NCBI GenBank assembly: GCA_004431415.1
Contig: QPMI01000169.1
Coordinates: 62,001-126,000, forward strand
DNA from: Cyanophora paradoxa CCMP329
Taxonomy: Eukaryota; Plantae; Glaucophyta
Length of the DNA: 64,000 nucleotides
Reading direction: 5' to 3'
The notes under the pieces are model-generated. The model saw only the letters and a list, made by a program, of their open reading frames with translations, was not told the DNA's origin and ran no database searches. Position numbers and translations under genes: made by a program. Of the stretch, positions 13,781-24,156 are shown one piece after another; within the stretch, counting starts at the first letter, position 1, and each line of letters begins with the position of its first letter.

Positions 13781-15595
13781 TCACACGTGCGTCGGGGTGC
13801 ACTGGAGGTGCGCCACGAACGGGAAGGCCGGGTACAGCTTGCACGTCTTAGCGGGCACGAACGCCGGGTCGCGCTTCTTGTGCGCCTCGTCGGTCATCCA
13901 GTGCGCCCTGCCAGCGAGATTAGCCGCGAGAGCACGTGCGGAACGAAAAGAAAACGGCCCACCAGCTGATCCACTGGGAGCCGCCGTCTGCAGGAGAGGG
14001 CGCGGGGTCAGTGGGCGAAGGGCTGGGGCCCGGTGGGGAGACTACGGGGCGGGCGGGCGCACAGAAGTTGTTGACCCAGCGGAGGCACATGATGCCCCAG
14101 TAAAGGGCGTGCTGGTTGGCCTGGCCGACGTTCTTGGCGAGCCAGGCCTCCATGCCGTTGACCGTGTGGTACCGCGGCGTCGACGAGATGGCGCAGAAGA
14201 GGCCGTACTGCAGGCCCACGTCGATGATGCGCGGAAGCTTGTGGCTCGGCTGGTACTCCGGGTTGGCGCGCTTCTTCGCCGCGACCATCGCGTGCGAGAC
14301 GGCGGCGCCGCCGGCGCCCGAGATCAGGCCGATCTGGGAAAAGACCATCGCCTTGAACATGAAGCCGGCGATGCGCTCGGCGATCGTGAACGGGGCGCGG
14401 CCCTCGATGGATGGCTGGAAAAAGTAGGACGGCAGGCCGTCGATCGCGCAGCGGATGCGCGCCCCCATGCCGGTGCCCGCGCACTGGCGCTTGCTGTACT
14501 CCGCGGCCACGGGGGCCAGAGCCAGAACCAGGAAGAACTGAGAAATCACGCCATTGCCTGCGCCCGTGGTGTGAGCTCGGTGAGGGGGAGCGGCGCGACC
14601 TGTTCTCAGACGCACCGACAGAGGAAATGACGAACGCGAACTCGTCCCAGAACGCGTGGCCACGCTTCTTGACCTCGGCAGCCACGCGGGACGTGAACAT
14701 CACCGCTGAGTATGGCGTCAGAGGGCCGCGGTGAAAACGACATGCAGGGACAGACCCTCAGCGACGGCGAGCTTGAAAAGGAACTTGGGGTCCGCATCAA
14801 TGCGCGCCTTAACAGCGCCGAAGATGCCGCCGAAGAGCGCCTACAGCGGAGTTAGAGAACCGAATGCGAAGTCGACGCGTGGCGAGGTGCGAGCCTTTGC
14901 AAGGTGCTTCATCGAGCGCTTGTCGCCAGTGAGGCGGTTGTTAACGTCGAAGAACTCGTCGTCCGAGCTTGAGCCATCACCAGACCAGCCGCCGAATCCG
15001 CCGTTGTTGTTGTTGCCGTCGTTGTTCCAGCCCTTGCCGATCCCACCACCCGTGCCCACGGTGATCTGGACGTCCTCCACGATGCCAGAGCCGATGCTGG
15101 AATCGAAATCGATGGCGGACGGGGATGGCTGCGCGACATTCGCCGCGACCCGCGCCTGATCGTCAGATCAATCACGGCCAGGGGCCGCGGCATCCTATGA
15201 AGGTCAAATGAGCGAACAACATCATCAAGTACCTGAGCCGCAGAGCGGGGGCGATTGTCGGCATTCGCAACCTTGACCTCCGCGAAAATCCCGCCCGCAG
15301 CCGGGCGCGCGACGAAAACACGGCGCGGTCCAGTGAACTTGGTACCTTCCATGCAGAATGTCAGCTTTGCGCAGATGAATGTGCCGCCTGCGGCAACCAC
15401 GGCCGGGCGCGCGCACGCACCGACGACCGCGCCATCAAACACGAAGGAGCGACCCGTTACGGACTTCTTAAGAACTGGAACGTGCCCGAAGTAGGACTCA
15501 CGGCCCCAGACCGCCGTCGGAGGGACGACCACCTCAACGGGGCTGTTGGCAGCCACGCCGGTCGCAGGCACCAGGACCGGCAGGGCGAAAGCCAT
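13781..15595 (-). CDS. RETICULATA-related plastid envelope protein (DUF3411)
   Basis: MAFALPV transit peptide, Gly/Asn-rich linker, ARIDADPKFLFKL, SSTPRYHTVNGME and LRWVNNF..GSQWISW. An alternative in-frame ATG lies near 15763. Confidence 0.8.
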
Positions 15596-15875
15596 GTCAT
15601 GGTCGCCGTGGTCGTCCTTCCGCGGCACCGCCGCCTTCACAGCGCAGCTTAGCATGATGAGCGACTGGAGGAGAACTCCGGCCGCGGGCTGACGGCTGCG
15701 CTCCTGGCGCAGGCCAGCCTGGGCGTTGGAGGGAAGCTGGAAGGAGACCAGGAACTCAGACATGGGCTTGCGCCGACGAGAGGTGCGCGGGTTCTGGGGT
15801 ATAGGCCTTGACCTAGACCAAGTATTGGCCAGATCCGCGCCTCTTCTCAATCTGACGCCTCTTCAGATCAAAATT

Positions 15876-15920
15876 TTTAACTGACGTGACGTTCTTAACT
15901 GCAATTAACTGCCACGTAGG
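15876..15920. promoter_or_regulatory. Cluster of ACGT-core (TGACGT, GCCACGT) and three TTAACTG motifs upstream of the RETICULATA-like gene
   Basis: ttaactgacgtgacgttcttaactgcaattaactgccacgt is seen directly. A bZIP/G-box-type function is inference. Confidence 0.3.
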
Positions 15921-16270
15921 TCGACGTATACCCCCCGGGTCGAGTTCAAGATCGTCCGGGTCATCTGGGCCGGGTGATCACCGAGAAGATCTAGATCTAG
16001 AAGGTTCACCGTGCTAAGATGCAGGCTGCATACGTACGTGTACATGTTCATCAGGTGCCTAGGCCTAGCTATAGGCCTGTACTAATAGAATGTATGTGCA
16101 TGCGCATGCAGTGTGGCAGTACGAGCTCGAGTAGCTGGACACCAAGGCGAACTGCAACAAAAGTTGTTTGACTGTTAAGGCCAATTCGTAATCGTAATCC
16201 CCATTTAAAAGCTACCATAGAGGGTCGCAGCTTAAGCGTCATAGCCTAAGAGAGTCTCCAGTGCTCGCTG

Positions 16271-17450
16271 CTAGCTGCTGAAGCTGGATGTTCTTGATCC
16301 AAGTTTTGCCTTCAGCAGCCTGAGCTTGGAAGTAGCTGGCTCCTGTGGAGCCAGTGCAGCTGCTGGTGGGCGTGCTGCTGATGCCACTGGCTGTGACTGC
16401 TCGATAGGTTGTGGAGCTGCAGACTTTATACTTCTTGGCCCTGATGTGCTGGCTGCAGGACCCGTCTCATGCTGCCTCATCTTCAAGCGCATAGAAGCAA
16501 GCTGTCTCCGGGCCTCCTCCACATTATCTTCGTGATCATCCTCACCCTCAACATCAGAGTTGACATCGCCATCCTCCTCCAGTTCAGCAGCCACATCAGC
16601 TGTCAAGGGATCGTTCAACTCTATCACTCCTGACTTCAGCAAAAAAACGAACCTCCTCGTTGCACATGCAAAGGATTCAACTCGCCAAAGTCTGAAAACT
16701 CTGCTGTGAAAAGGGGATTTTGTACTTCCCGCTCAACGACCTCCATTGCGTGCTGCCTCCATGGGCAGTCACAGTTGCACACAAAAGGGGAGTCAAATTC
16801 TTTGCATGTTCCAGGTTTGCATCTGGGTGAATGCCGATTCAATATGAGGATGAGCGAGGGGGGAGCTGGAGAAATCACGTGCACCGTATGCAGGGATGAG
16901 GTCCAGGGCGCGGGTCGTGTTCAACTGCCTTGTGTTTGCACCTGCACCTGAACAGGAGCAGACATTTACAAAAAAGCTTGAACATGGGAGAGGCAATAGC
17001 AAACCGCAGGCGAAACTGCCCCTGTTGCAAAATGAACATGTAGGACTCGCATTTACACTTATCGGCCAGGCATCTCCTCTTGCCATCGCTGGATCACTGT
17101 GAGTTGAAGGCTCTCGAGTGAAAAGAGCTATAGCACGAACCTGGTGTGCTCGCGATATCGATGTCCGCACAAGCATATACTCTCTGGCCCTATTTGAAAG
17201 CAATTCTTGCTGCAGCTTTTGCATCTGCGACGGAAGCCAACTCAGCCGAAGCACACTGCGCAGCAGACCCACGAGCGCACCTGCACACTAAGACCGCGCG
17301 CTTCAGTGTCGGATGAGAAGAATTCATTCAAGGATTAGAAGCAGGGACGCTGCAGCGCGCTGCAGCGGCGCTCCAAGTGGCGCCGCCCGCGCCGCTAGAG
17401 ACCGTCGATTCTGTGCCGGCGACCACCAAGGCTCCAACTGCAGGAGGAGC
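16271..17450 (-). CDS. FAM221 (DUF4475)-family Cys/His-rich protein (start uncertain)
   Basis: Exons encode CFQIGPESICLCGHRYREH, CLADKCKCESY, CKHKAVEHDPRPGPHPC and CKEFDSPFVCNCDCPWRQH, the FAM221 Cys/His spacing. Confidence 0.7.
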
Positions 17451-17935
17451 GAGCCGCCGATTCTGTGCCGGCCGAGTCGCGGAGCCTGTGCCAGCCGCCA
17501 AGCCAAAAGGTTCGTGTGAGCTCGAGCGCTCTATATCTAGGCTCCGGCGTCGCTAGCAGCTCGCAGAGTCAAGGAATTCGAAGCGCTAGCGAATGGCGCA
17601 CTGTGCCTGCGACGCCAGCTGCCAGGCTGTTCTTGGTGCTGGCTGCAGCTGACCGGTATCAAGGCATTTTGAGCGCCGCCAGCTGGCGGTCTAGTGCTCG
17701 GATCCCGGAGGACCCGCTTCGTGGTGCGCGTTGCATGTGCAGCTCAGCTGCAGCGGCTTAAGCTTAGCCTTACTAGTTAGTCGCTTAAGCTAGCTATAGC
17801 TAGAAGCGCTTGCCAACGAGGAGGCCGGTGCCGCTAGCCCTCCGCGTCCTCACGCGGTTACTGATGCTTGGCTGGATACCGATGCGCCAATTTAGTTCGT
17901 GTCCGAATGCTACAGTCAAAGCACAAGCACAGAGC

Positions 17936-20413
17936 TCATCGCGGAAGGGCCACTCTCTTGACATTCGGTTTGATGGCAGATTGACGGAGCACCCTCTGCT
18001 CGTTCCAGTTCCAAGTCTTGAGGCCGATCAGAGTGACCAGAGCGACACTTGTCATGCCAATAAAACCTGCAACGAAGGCATCAGTTCTAGAAAGAGAATT
18101 TGAAAACCTGAAAATACCAAGAACATACCTACAAGAAACACAACACCAGGATGCAGCCTGGCCTTGCGAAAGAGGAAACGATAGTCTGCAGGCAAAGGAG
18201 ACGCGAGCTCCTCGTCTGCTGCGAACGTTGTCTCGACTAGATCGGTCTGAAATAATCTGGTTATCAGAGCAGGTCATCACTCAGAATACAGGCACGAACC
18301 CGTGGGTTCAGGAGCATGGTGGGACCTGCAGAAAGTGTCCTGTAGCCAATCTTCAAGAGTACATCTTGAGGAGTAAGAGCGGCCAGCCTCTGTCGCATGC
18401 TGGTGGCTTTGTCTTCCTTCGAAGCCACCACGTTAAAGGATAACATGGTTGCACTGAGGACGAAAAGATCAGCCACTAACGCACAGATGAAGATGCATTT
18501 GGACCATTTGCACCTGTACACTGGGGGGGAGCGGTTGTCTGGATCGAAAGGAACCATTCTAAGAGCAGAGATACGCTTCCATTCCGTCTCCATGTCAACT
18601 TCTACGAGCCTTGCGATAGCCTGTGCAAGCAGCACTTCAGTTTGTGCGGAGCAAATGCTCAGGAAACAACACAACATGCCTGGACGAAGAACACAAGGTT
18701 ATCTGGAGTTTTCAGAGAGTAAACTTTTGGATCCGGTGTTTCTGTCTCGTATACATCTTTCGCAACTTGTCTGCTCGGAGTGAGTTGCAGCAAGAGCAAA
18801 TCTACAAAATAACTGCACCTGAATGGATGGTCGAGTGCAATCCGAACTGAGACACCACGAACTGATGCCAGCACGGTGATGTTTGAAGATGCAACCTACA
18901 ATCAGCCACATCAGTGGACAGGATTGGAAAATTCAAGCCATAGAAACCGCACCCCAGAAAGCTCGTCAGTACATGCAAGCTGAAAGACGTAAACGCCAGT
19001 GTTTGAGATGCCGCCTTCAATGTCAGTATAGTTGCTGCGTTCACGAATGATGACAACCGGTGGCCCACTTATCTGTGCAAGACAAATCAGAGCTAAGGAT
19101 ATACGTACACTGCTGAGATGCAGCATACCTGTGTCCATCGGACTGCAACAATTCTTCCCGGCTCCAGAATAGTTGATGCATCCGCAGCCAGAGTCTGAAT
19201 GAGCTTATTTCAGACGAGATCAAGTTTCGGACGAAAATACTGCTCACAAGTGAGGAAATTGGAACGATCGCAACTATAGGCCCTGGCGCTCGTGCACTCG
19301 GTTTCTCGGAGTCAGTAAAAAAGGCCTGCAATGCAGTGTTATGTGAGCAAACTTTACATCAGACTCAGTTCGAGGGACTTTGAGTACTTCAGGGCGTGGA
19401 ACTGGCTTGATGCCACCAGGATACTCGAAATAGAACGAGAGAGACCCATTGCCCATTGTGATGACATCTGCCACATTGGAAGAAAAGGGGAGCTTGAAGA
19501 CTCCGGAAATTGCAATCAAGTTCAGGCAGCCGGCGTCTATGTTGATGTAGTACTGCAAAGCATGTGAAAAGAAGGCCCTCGTAGATGGTCAAAGAAAAAC
19601 CTTCACCTGCTCATATGCCTGGGGAAGGAGGGTGTGAGACTGGAGGCCAATAAGCTGCAACCAGCATGGCTGTTCCGGGGGCGGCTGGATTTGGTAGCTC
19701 ATCGGGCGAGATCCAGCGTTTTTAATGCGGAAAGCCGTCGGAGCAAGGATAGGTTCCGGGTAGCTTGATGGCCGCTCGAGAAGCCGGCGATTTGGTAGAA
19801 TTAAGGAGAGCTCTGGGCTGACTTCAAGTGGCCGCACTTGGCGGAGCTCCGCTGGCCTGGAAGCGATAGGAGGCAGAACGAAGTTGAACCGCGGCTGTTC
19901 CACCACTGTCACATTCAGCCAAAGCCGAGTGCTGTAAGCAGGCTTGGTGCTCGAGAAGAATACTATCAGAATGGGATCGGGAAGGCGTCGGCCGGTGAAT
20001 GAGCACTGCACTTCCAACGAGGCGCCAGCTGCAAGGTAGAAGGGGGACCTTGCTCCGGTAACGGGGTCGATCGTGTTGGTGCGCACATCGTCGACGGTCA
20101 CGTTAACGCCGGTGACAAGATTGTTGCGTATCCGCACGACAATGCGCTCAGGCTGCAGGGGGCATCAGCGCGCTGGCAGCCAGAACGAACGCGCTGTCAG
20201 CACCTCGCCCGTCGCGAGGCGTATGTGCATAGGAGAAAAAGAACTTGTCTTGGGGAACAGCTCGAAGGGCCCCTCGGATGCGGGTGTGGGTGTGCTGGAG
20301 GGCTTGGGCGCTGGCGAGGGGTTCGGAGAGGGAGAGGGAGTAACTGCTGGGCTTGCGTGGCAGCTCCCGGAGAGTGCCAAGTATAGAAAGAGAGCTGCCA
20401 CGCAAAGCGTCAT
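17936..20413 (-). CDS. Hypothetical membrane protein with signal peptide, Pro/Ser/Thr linker, beta-rich ectodomain and C-terminal hydrophobic helices
   Basis: MTLCVAALFLYLALSGSCHA signal peptide and a PSPSPNPSPAPKP linker, followed by a chain of minus-strand ORF fragments. C-terminal TM-like segments. Exon structure not fully resolved. Confidence 0.55.
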
Positions 20414-20728
20414 CGCACAGCCATGCACAGCCGCGGCGCCTGAGCGCCGGCACTGGCTGCTCAGGCCCACGGGCCGGCCGGTGCCGCGCAAGTCACGCCG
20501 GAGCGCCAGTCGATGCCGGAGCTTAGCGCCAGTAGAGTAAAGTTAACGCCGCCAGGAGGAGCTCATGCCAGATCAAGAGTGCAGCGCAAGCTTGCGTCGC
20601 TCGCTGCTGAATCGCTCGGGTAAGTCCCAAGCTCTAGAAGCCAACTGCTTGGGCTGGACTGCGGCAGAGTGGAAGACGAAGCTAGGGGGGGGGGACCCTG
20701 TCTGGGGTACATCCCCGTCGCTGCATGG

Positions 20729-23700
20729 ATGTCGGCGGTCTCGGCGGACCCCGGCTTCGGCGCGCACGCGCCGACGCAGCCGCCGGGAGTCTGGGCTGTC
20801 GATTCCTCGCAAGTCGCGCCGGTGCGCTCCGCTGCGATCGCCGTGCTCACGCGATTGACCACCGGCGCAGCTGGAGCCTCGGTTCGCGGATGCATCGGAG
20901 GCCGGCGTGCAGTTCTCCGTCTACGCGATCCCCAACCGGAAAGACATCGCGAACCGCGGACTCGTCCCCATCGGCGCCGTCTTCAGTCCTCTGCAGCACT
21001 TAGAGGCCGCGCCGCCCGTCCTACGTCGCGCAGCCGCACGATGCGAGAAGAGGTGCGGCGGGCCGCCGCGACTGACCGCTCTTCGCCTCCAACGCGCTGC
21101 AACCCAGGTCATGTGGGGCGATTGTGAACCCGTTCTGCGACACATCGAGCAGGAGAGGCGCTTGGCGCTGCTGTATGTGCGGGCACTTCAACCCGAATGC
21201 GGACGAGGTCGACACGTACGAGTCGTGCCCTGAGGCCCACCTGGCGACCGTGGATTACCTCGAGCCTGACGCGCAACCCTTCTCGAATGCGTCGTCCTAC
21301 GGCACGTCTCACGATGCGGACGCCGCGGCATCGGGCACGCACGTCTTCGTCCTTGATGCGACAGCCTCGCCCGATGACTTCCAGGCCCTGCGGTCTTCCG
21401 TCGAGCGCGTCCTGGAGGCCCTCCCGCAGACCGCCCGCGTCGCCCTCATCGTTTTCAACCACGTCGTTTCCGTGTACGACCTGAGCCCTTCGCCGGCCGT
21501 GTCCGCCCACTGCTTGTCAGCGAGCCGCTCCCCGCTGCCGGAGGACTTGAAGCCGCTGACGGACGGCTGCGGTATGTACGTCGCCCCTCTTCACGCAGCC
21601 CTTCCCATCATCCGAACGGTGAGCGATCGACCTCTACGGCGCCTGCCGCCTGTACCTAAGCGCTGCCGCTCCTTTGATGACAATTTTTCTGGTTCGGAAC
21701 GCGCCCCGGCGCCTGATGGATTACCTGAAATGTCATAGTTACTCTGAGGGCGTGGCACTCCACCGCTTATTATTTTCTGAGTTGTTTGCCGCTCCTCCTG
21801 TGAGGACACCTCTTTGCTGCGGAACGCGCCCTGGCGCCTGATGGATAGCTTTATGTCATAGTTACTCTGAGGGTTCGGCATCCAACCGTTTCTGATTTTC
21901 TGAGCTGCTCTGCCGATCCTCCTGTGAGGACAACCTCTTTGCTGCGGAACGCGCCCCGGCGCCTGATGGATAGCTTTATGTCATAGTTACTCTGAGGGTC
22001 GATCGGCAGTCGCGCCTATCCATCTCTCCCCTCGCCGCGCGACTCGCTGCCCCGCGATTTCGGGCCTCGCTGAGTCGGCCGCAGGCGCTGGATGCGGTCG
22101 CGTCGGACCGAACACCCTCGGGCTCGGCCTCGGCGCGCCGCGGCATCGGCCCCGCGGTTGAGGTCGCCCTCGCCCTCATCCAAGGCGCGCGCCCCGCCCC
22201 TCTCGCACGGTCGGCCCTGCTGAGGGCCCCCGCAGCTGTTGGCGGCGGGCCGGACCTGCAGTACCGGGCCGGCGGCGGGGGCCTGGCGAGCGCGCAAGGC
22301 GGGCGGGTGATCGTTTGCGCGGCGGGGCCGGCCACGCTCGGCCCCGGCGCTGTGTCGGAGGACGGGGCGGACGGGGCGGGGCGGGCGGCCGGGTGGTCGC
22401 TGCTGGGGCGGCACTCGTCGGCGACGGCGGAGCAGGAGGAGGCGGCGGTGGCGGAGGAGGCGGCGGGCTACTTCCGGGGCCTCTCGCTGCAGGCGCGGGA
22501 GACGCAGGCGACGGTGGACCTCTACGTGGCGAGCCTGCGCGCCGTGCGGGGGCCCGTCCTCGCCGAGCTCCCCGCCAGCTGCGGCGGCGCCTTCCTCCTC
22601 CTCTCCGACTTCGGCGCCCGCTTCGAGTCCAACCTTCTCCGCTCCTTCGACACCGGTCCGCCCCCGCCCGCGCCCCCGCGCCCCCGCGCGCCCCGGCCGA
22701 CGCACCGCCCGCAGCCGTCGGGCGCGACGCCTCGATCGACGTGCGCTGCTCGGCCGCGCTGGCGGTCGACCGGCTCATGGGCCCCGGCGTCCCCGCGCCC
22801 TCGCCCGCCCTCGCCGGCGCCGCGTCGCCCTCGGCGGCGGCGGCGGCGGCGGCGGGACGGGACGGGGAGGTGGCGCTGGCGGGGGCGCACCGGCGGCACT
22901 GCTTCGGGGTGACCTTCCGGCTGGTGGACGACGTGCCGGAGGACCACGTGCACTTCCAGTTCCTCGTGCGCTACACGGACCACCGCAACGCCCGCGTCCT
23001 CCGCGTCACCACCCGCCGGGTCGCCACCACGGGGAGCCTCCCCTCCTTCCTCGCCTCGGCCGACCCCGACGCCGTCGCATACCTCCTCGCCCGCCAGTTC
23101 CTCCTCCTCGCCCGCCGCTCCGGCTCCGCCGCCGCCCGCGCCGCCCTCGACGCCCACCTCCGCGCCCTCCTCCTCGAGTACGGCGAGCCGCCCCGCCGCC
23201 CCGCCTCGCCCGAGCTCCTGCCCCCGCCCCGCCTCCTCCCCGCCCCGCTCGAGGGCCTCCCGCGGCGCCTCTTCCTGCTGCGGGAGGGCCCCCTGCTGGG
23301 GCCCGTCCTGCAGCACGAGGACGAGGTGGCGGCGGCGCGGCACGCCTTCCACCTCGCCCCCTTCCGCCACGCCCTCCTCCTCGTCGCCCCGCGCCTCCTC
23401 TCGGCGACGCCGGCGCCGGCGGCGGGGGACGGCTCGCAGCTGGCAGTGCACGTGGAGGAGGTGCCGCCCGAGGCGCCGGCGATGCGCTCGGACGCCGTGC
23501 TGCTCCTCGACGCCTTCTCGCCGCTGCTGCTCTGGAGCGGCGAGCTCGTCGCCGGCCCCGAGCACGACCCGCTCCGCCTCGAGCTCCTCAAGACCGCCGC
23601 CGCCCTCGCTGCCCAGCGCTACCCGACCCCCGAGCAGCACATCTTCCGCGAGGGCTCCTCCCCGGCCCGCCTCCTCTCGGCGCGCCTCGTGCCCTCCCAC

Positions 23701-23853
23701 AAGGACTCGCCGGCCGAGCAGGCGGCCGACTTCCCCGCCCTCCGCGCCCTCCCCGAGCACGCCCGCGTAGCCCTCCAGGCCAAGCTCCAGTCCCTCGCCA
23801 CCGACGCCCCCTCCTTCCGCCAGCACCTCGCCGCCCTCCTCGCCCCCCGCTGA
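20729..23853 (+). CDS. SEC23: Sec23/Sec24-family COPII coat protein (divergent Sec23-like)
   Basis: PIGAVFSPL, Zn finger (RCEK/CGAIVNPFC..WRCCMCGHFN), vWA trunk HVFVLD, FQFLVRYTD..RVLRVTT, gelsolin-like VLLLD, and EGSSPARLLSARLVPSH. Confidence 0.88.
21670..21750 (+). ncRNA. SNORD46: Intronic box C/D snoRNA, SNORD46/snR63-like, copy 1
   Basis: C box TGATGA (21675-80), D box CTGA (21744-47). Guide GTCATAGTTACT is complementary to the conserved LSU rRNA helix 69 sequence AGUAACUAUGAC. Enclosed by a terminal stem. Confidence 0.85.
21796..21873 (+). ncRNA. SNORD46: Intronic box C/D snoRNA, SNORD46/snR63-like, copy 2
   Basis: Variant C box GTGAGGA (21800-06); same guide followed by CTGA (21867-70). 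Confidence 0.75.
21920..21998 (+). ncRNA. SNORD46: Intronic box C/D snoRNA, SNORD46/snR63-like, copy 3
   Basis: Variant C box GTGAGGA (21924-30); same guide followed by CTGA (21992-95). Flanked by a perfect stem ctgccgatc/gatcggcag. Confidence 0.75.
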
Positions 23854-24156
23854 CCCGCAGCGTCCCGCTGCCTGTACTTCACCGTGTACCACCAGCAGTT
23901 CATTATTCGCAGTCGTCTTGAATTTGTCTGTGCGAGGGGCCGGCCCGGCCCGGCGGACGGGCCTTGGTCGACAAGCATGCATACGCATGCGCAGTTCTTA
24001 GCAACTTCGCCTGACTTCGTAAACTCTAAGTGCTTTGCGAGGCCGCGCATGCAGCGGTGCGTGTTGGGCGGCCCAGGGCGGGCGGCGGCCGGGTACGTGC
24101 GCGGCAAGCGCGCCAAATACTGAGCTCAAGCATACGAACGAGTAGATCGCGCTCAA

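Noticed and set aside
21759-21771. TCCACCGCTTATT resembles the complement of the LSU rRNA 5' region (TCCTCCGCTTATT) upstream of a CTGA
   Set aside because: It has one mismatch, the pairing does not reach the D+5 position, it has no C box of its own, and it is degenerate in the second spacer. Probably chance.
21661-22000. Repeat-spacer array resembling a CRISPR
   Set aside because: The spacers are homologous to each other, the context is a eukaryotic intron, there are no cas genes, and box C/D features with an rRNA guide explain it.
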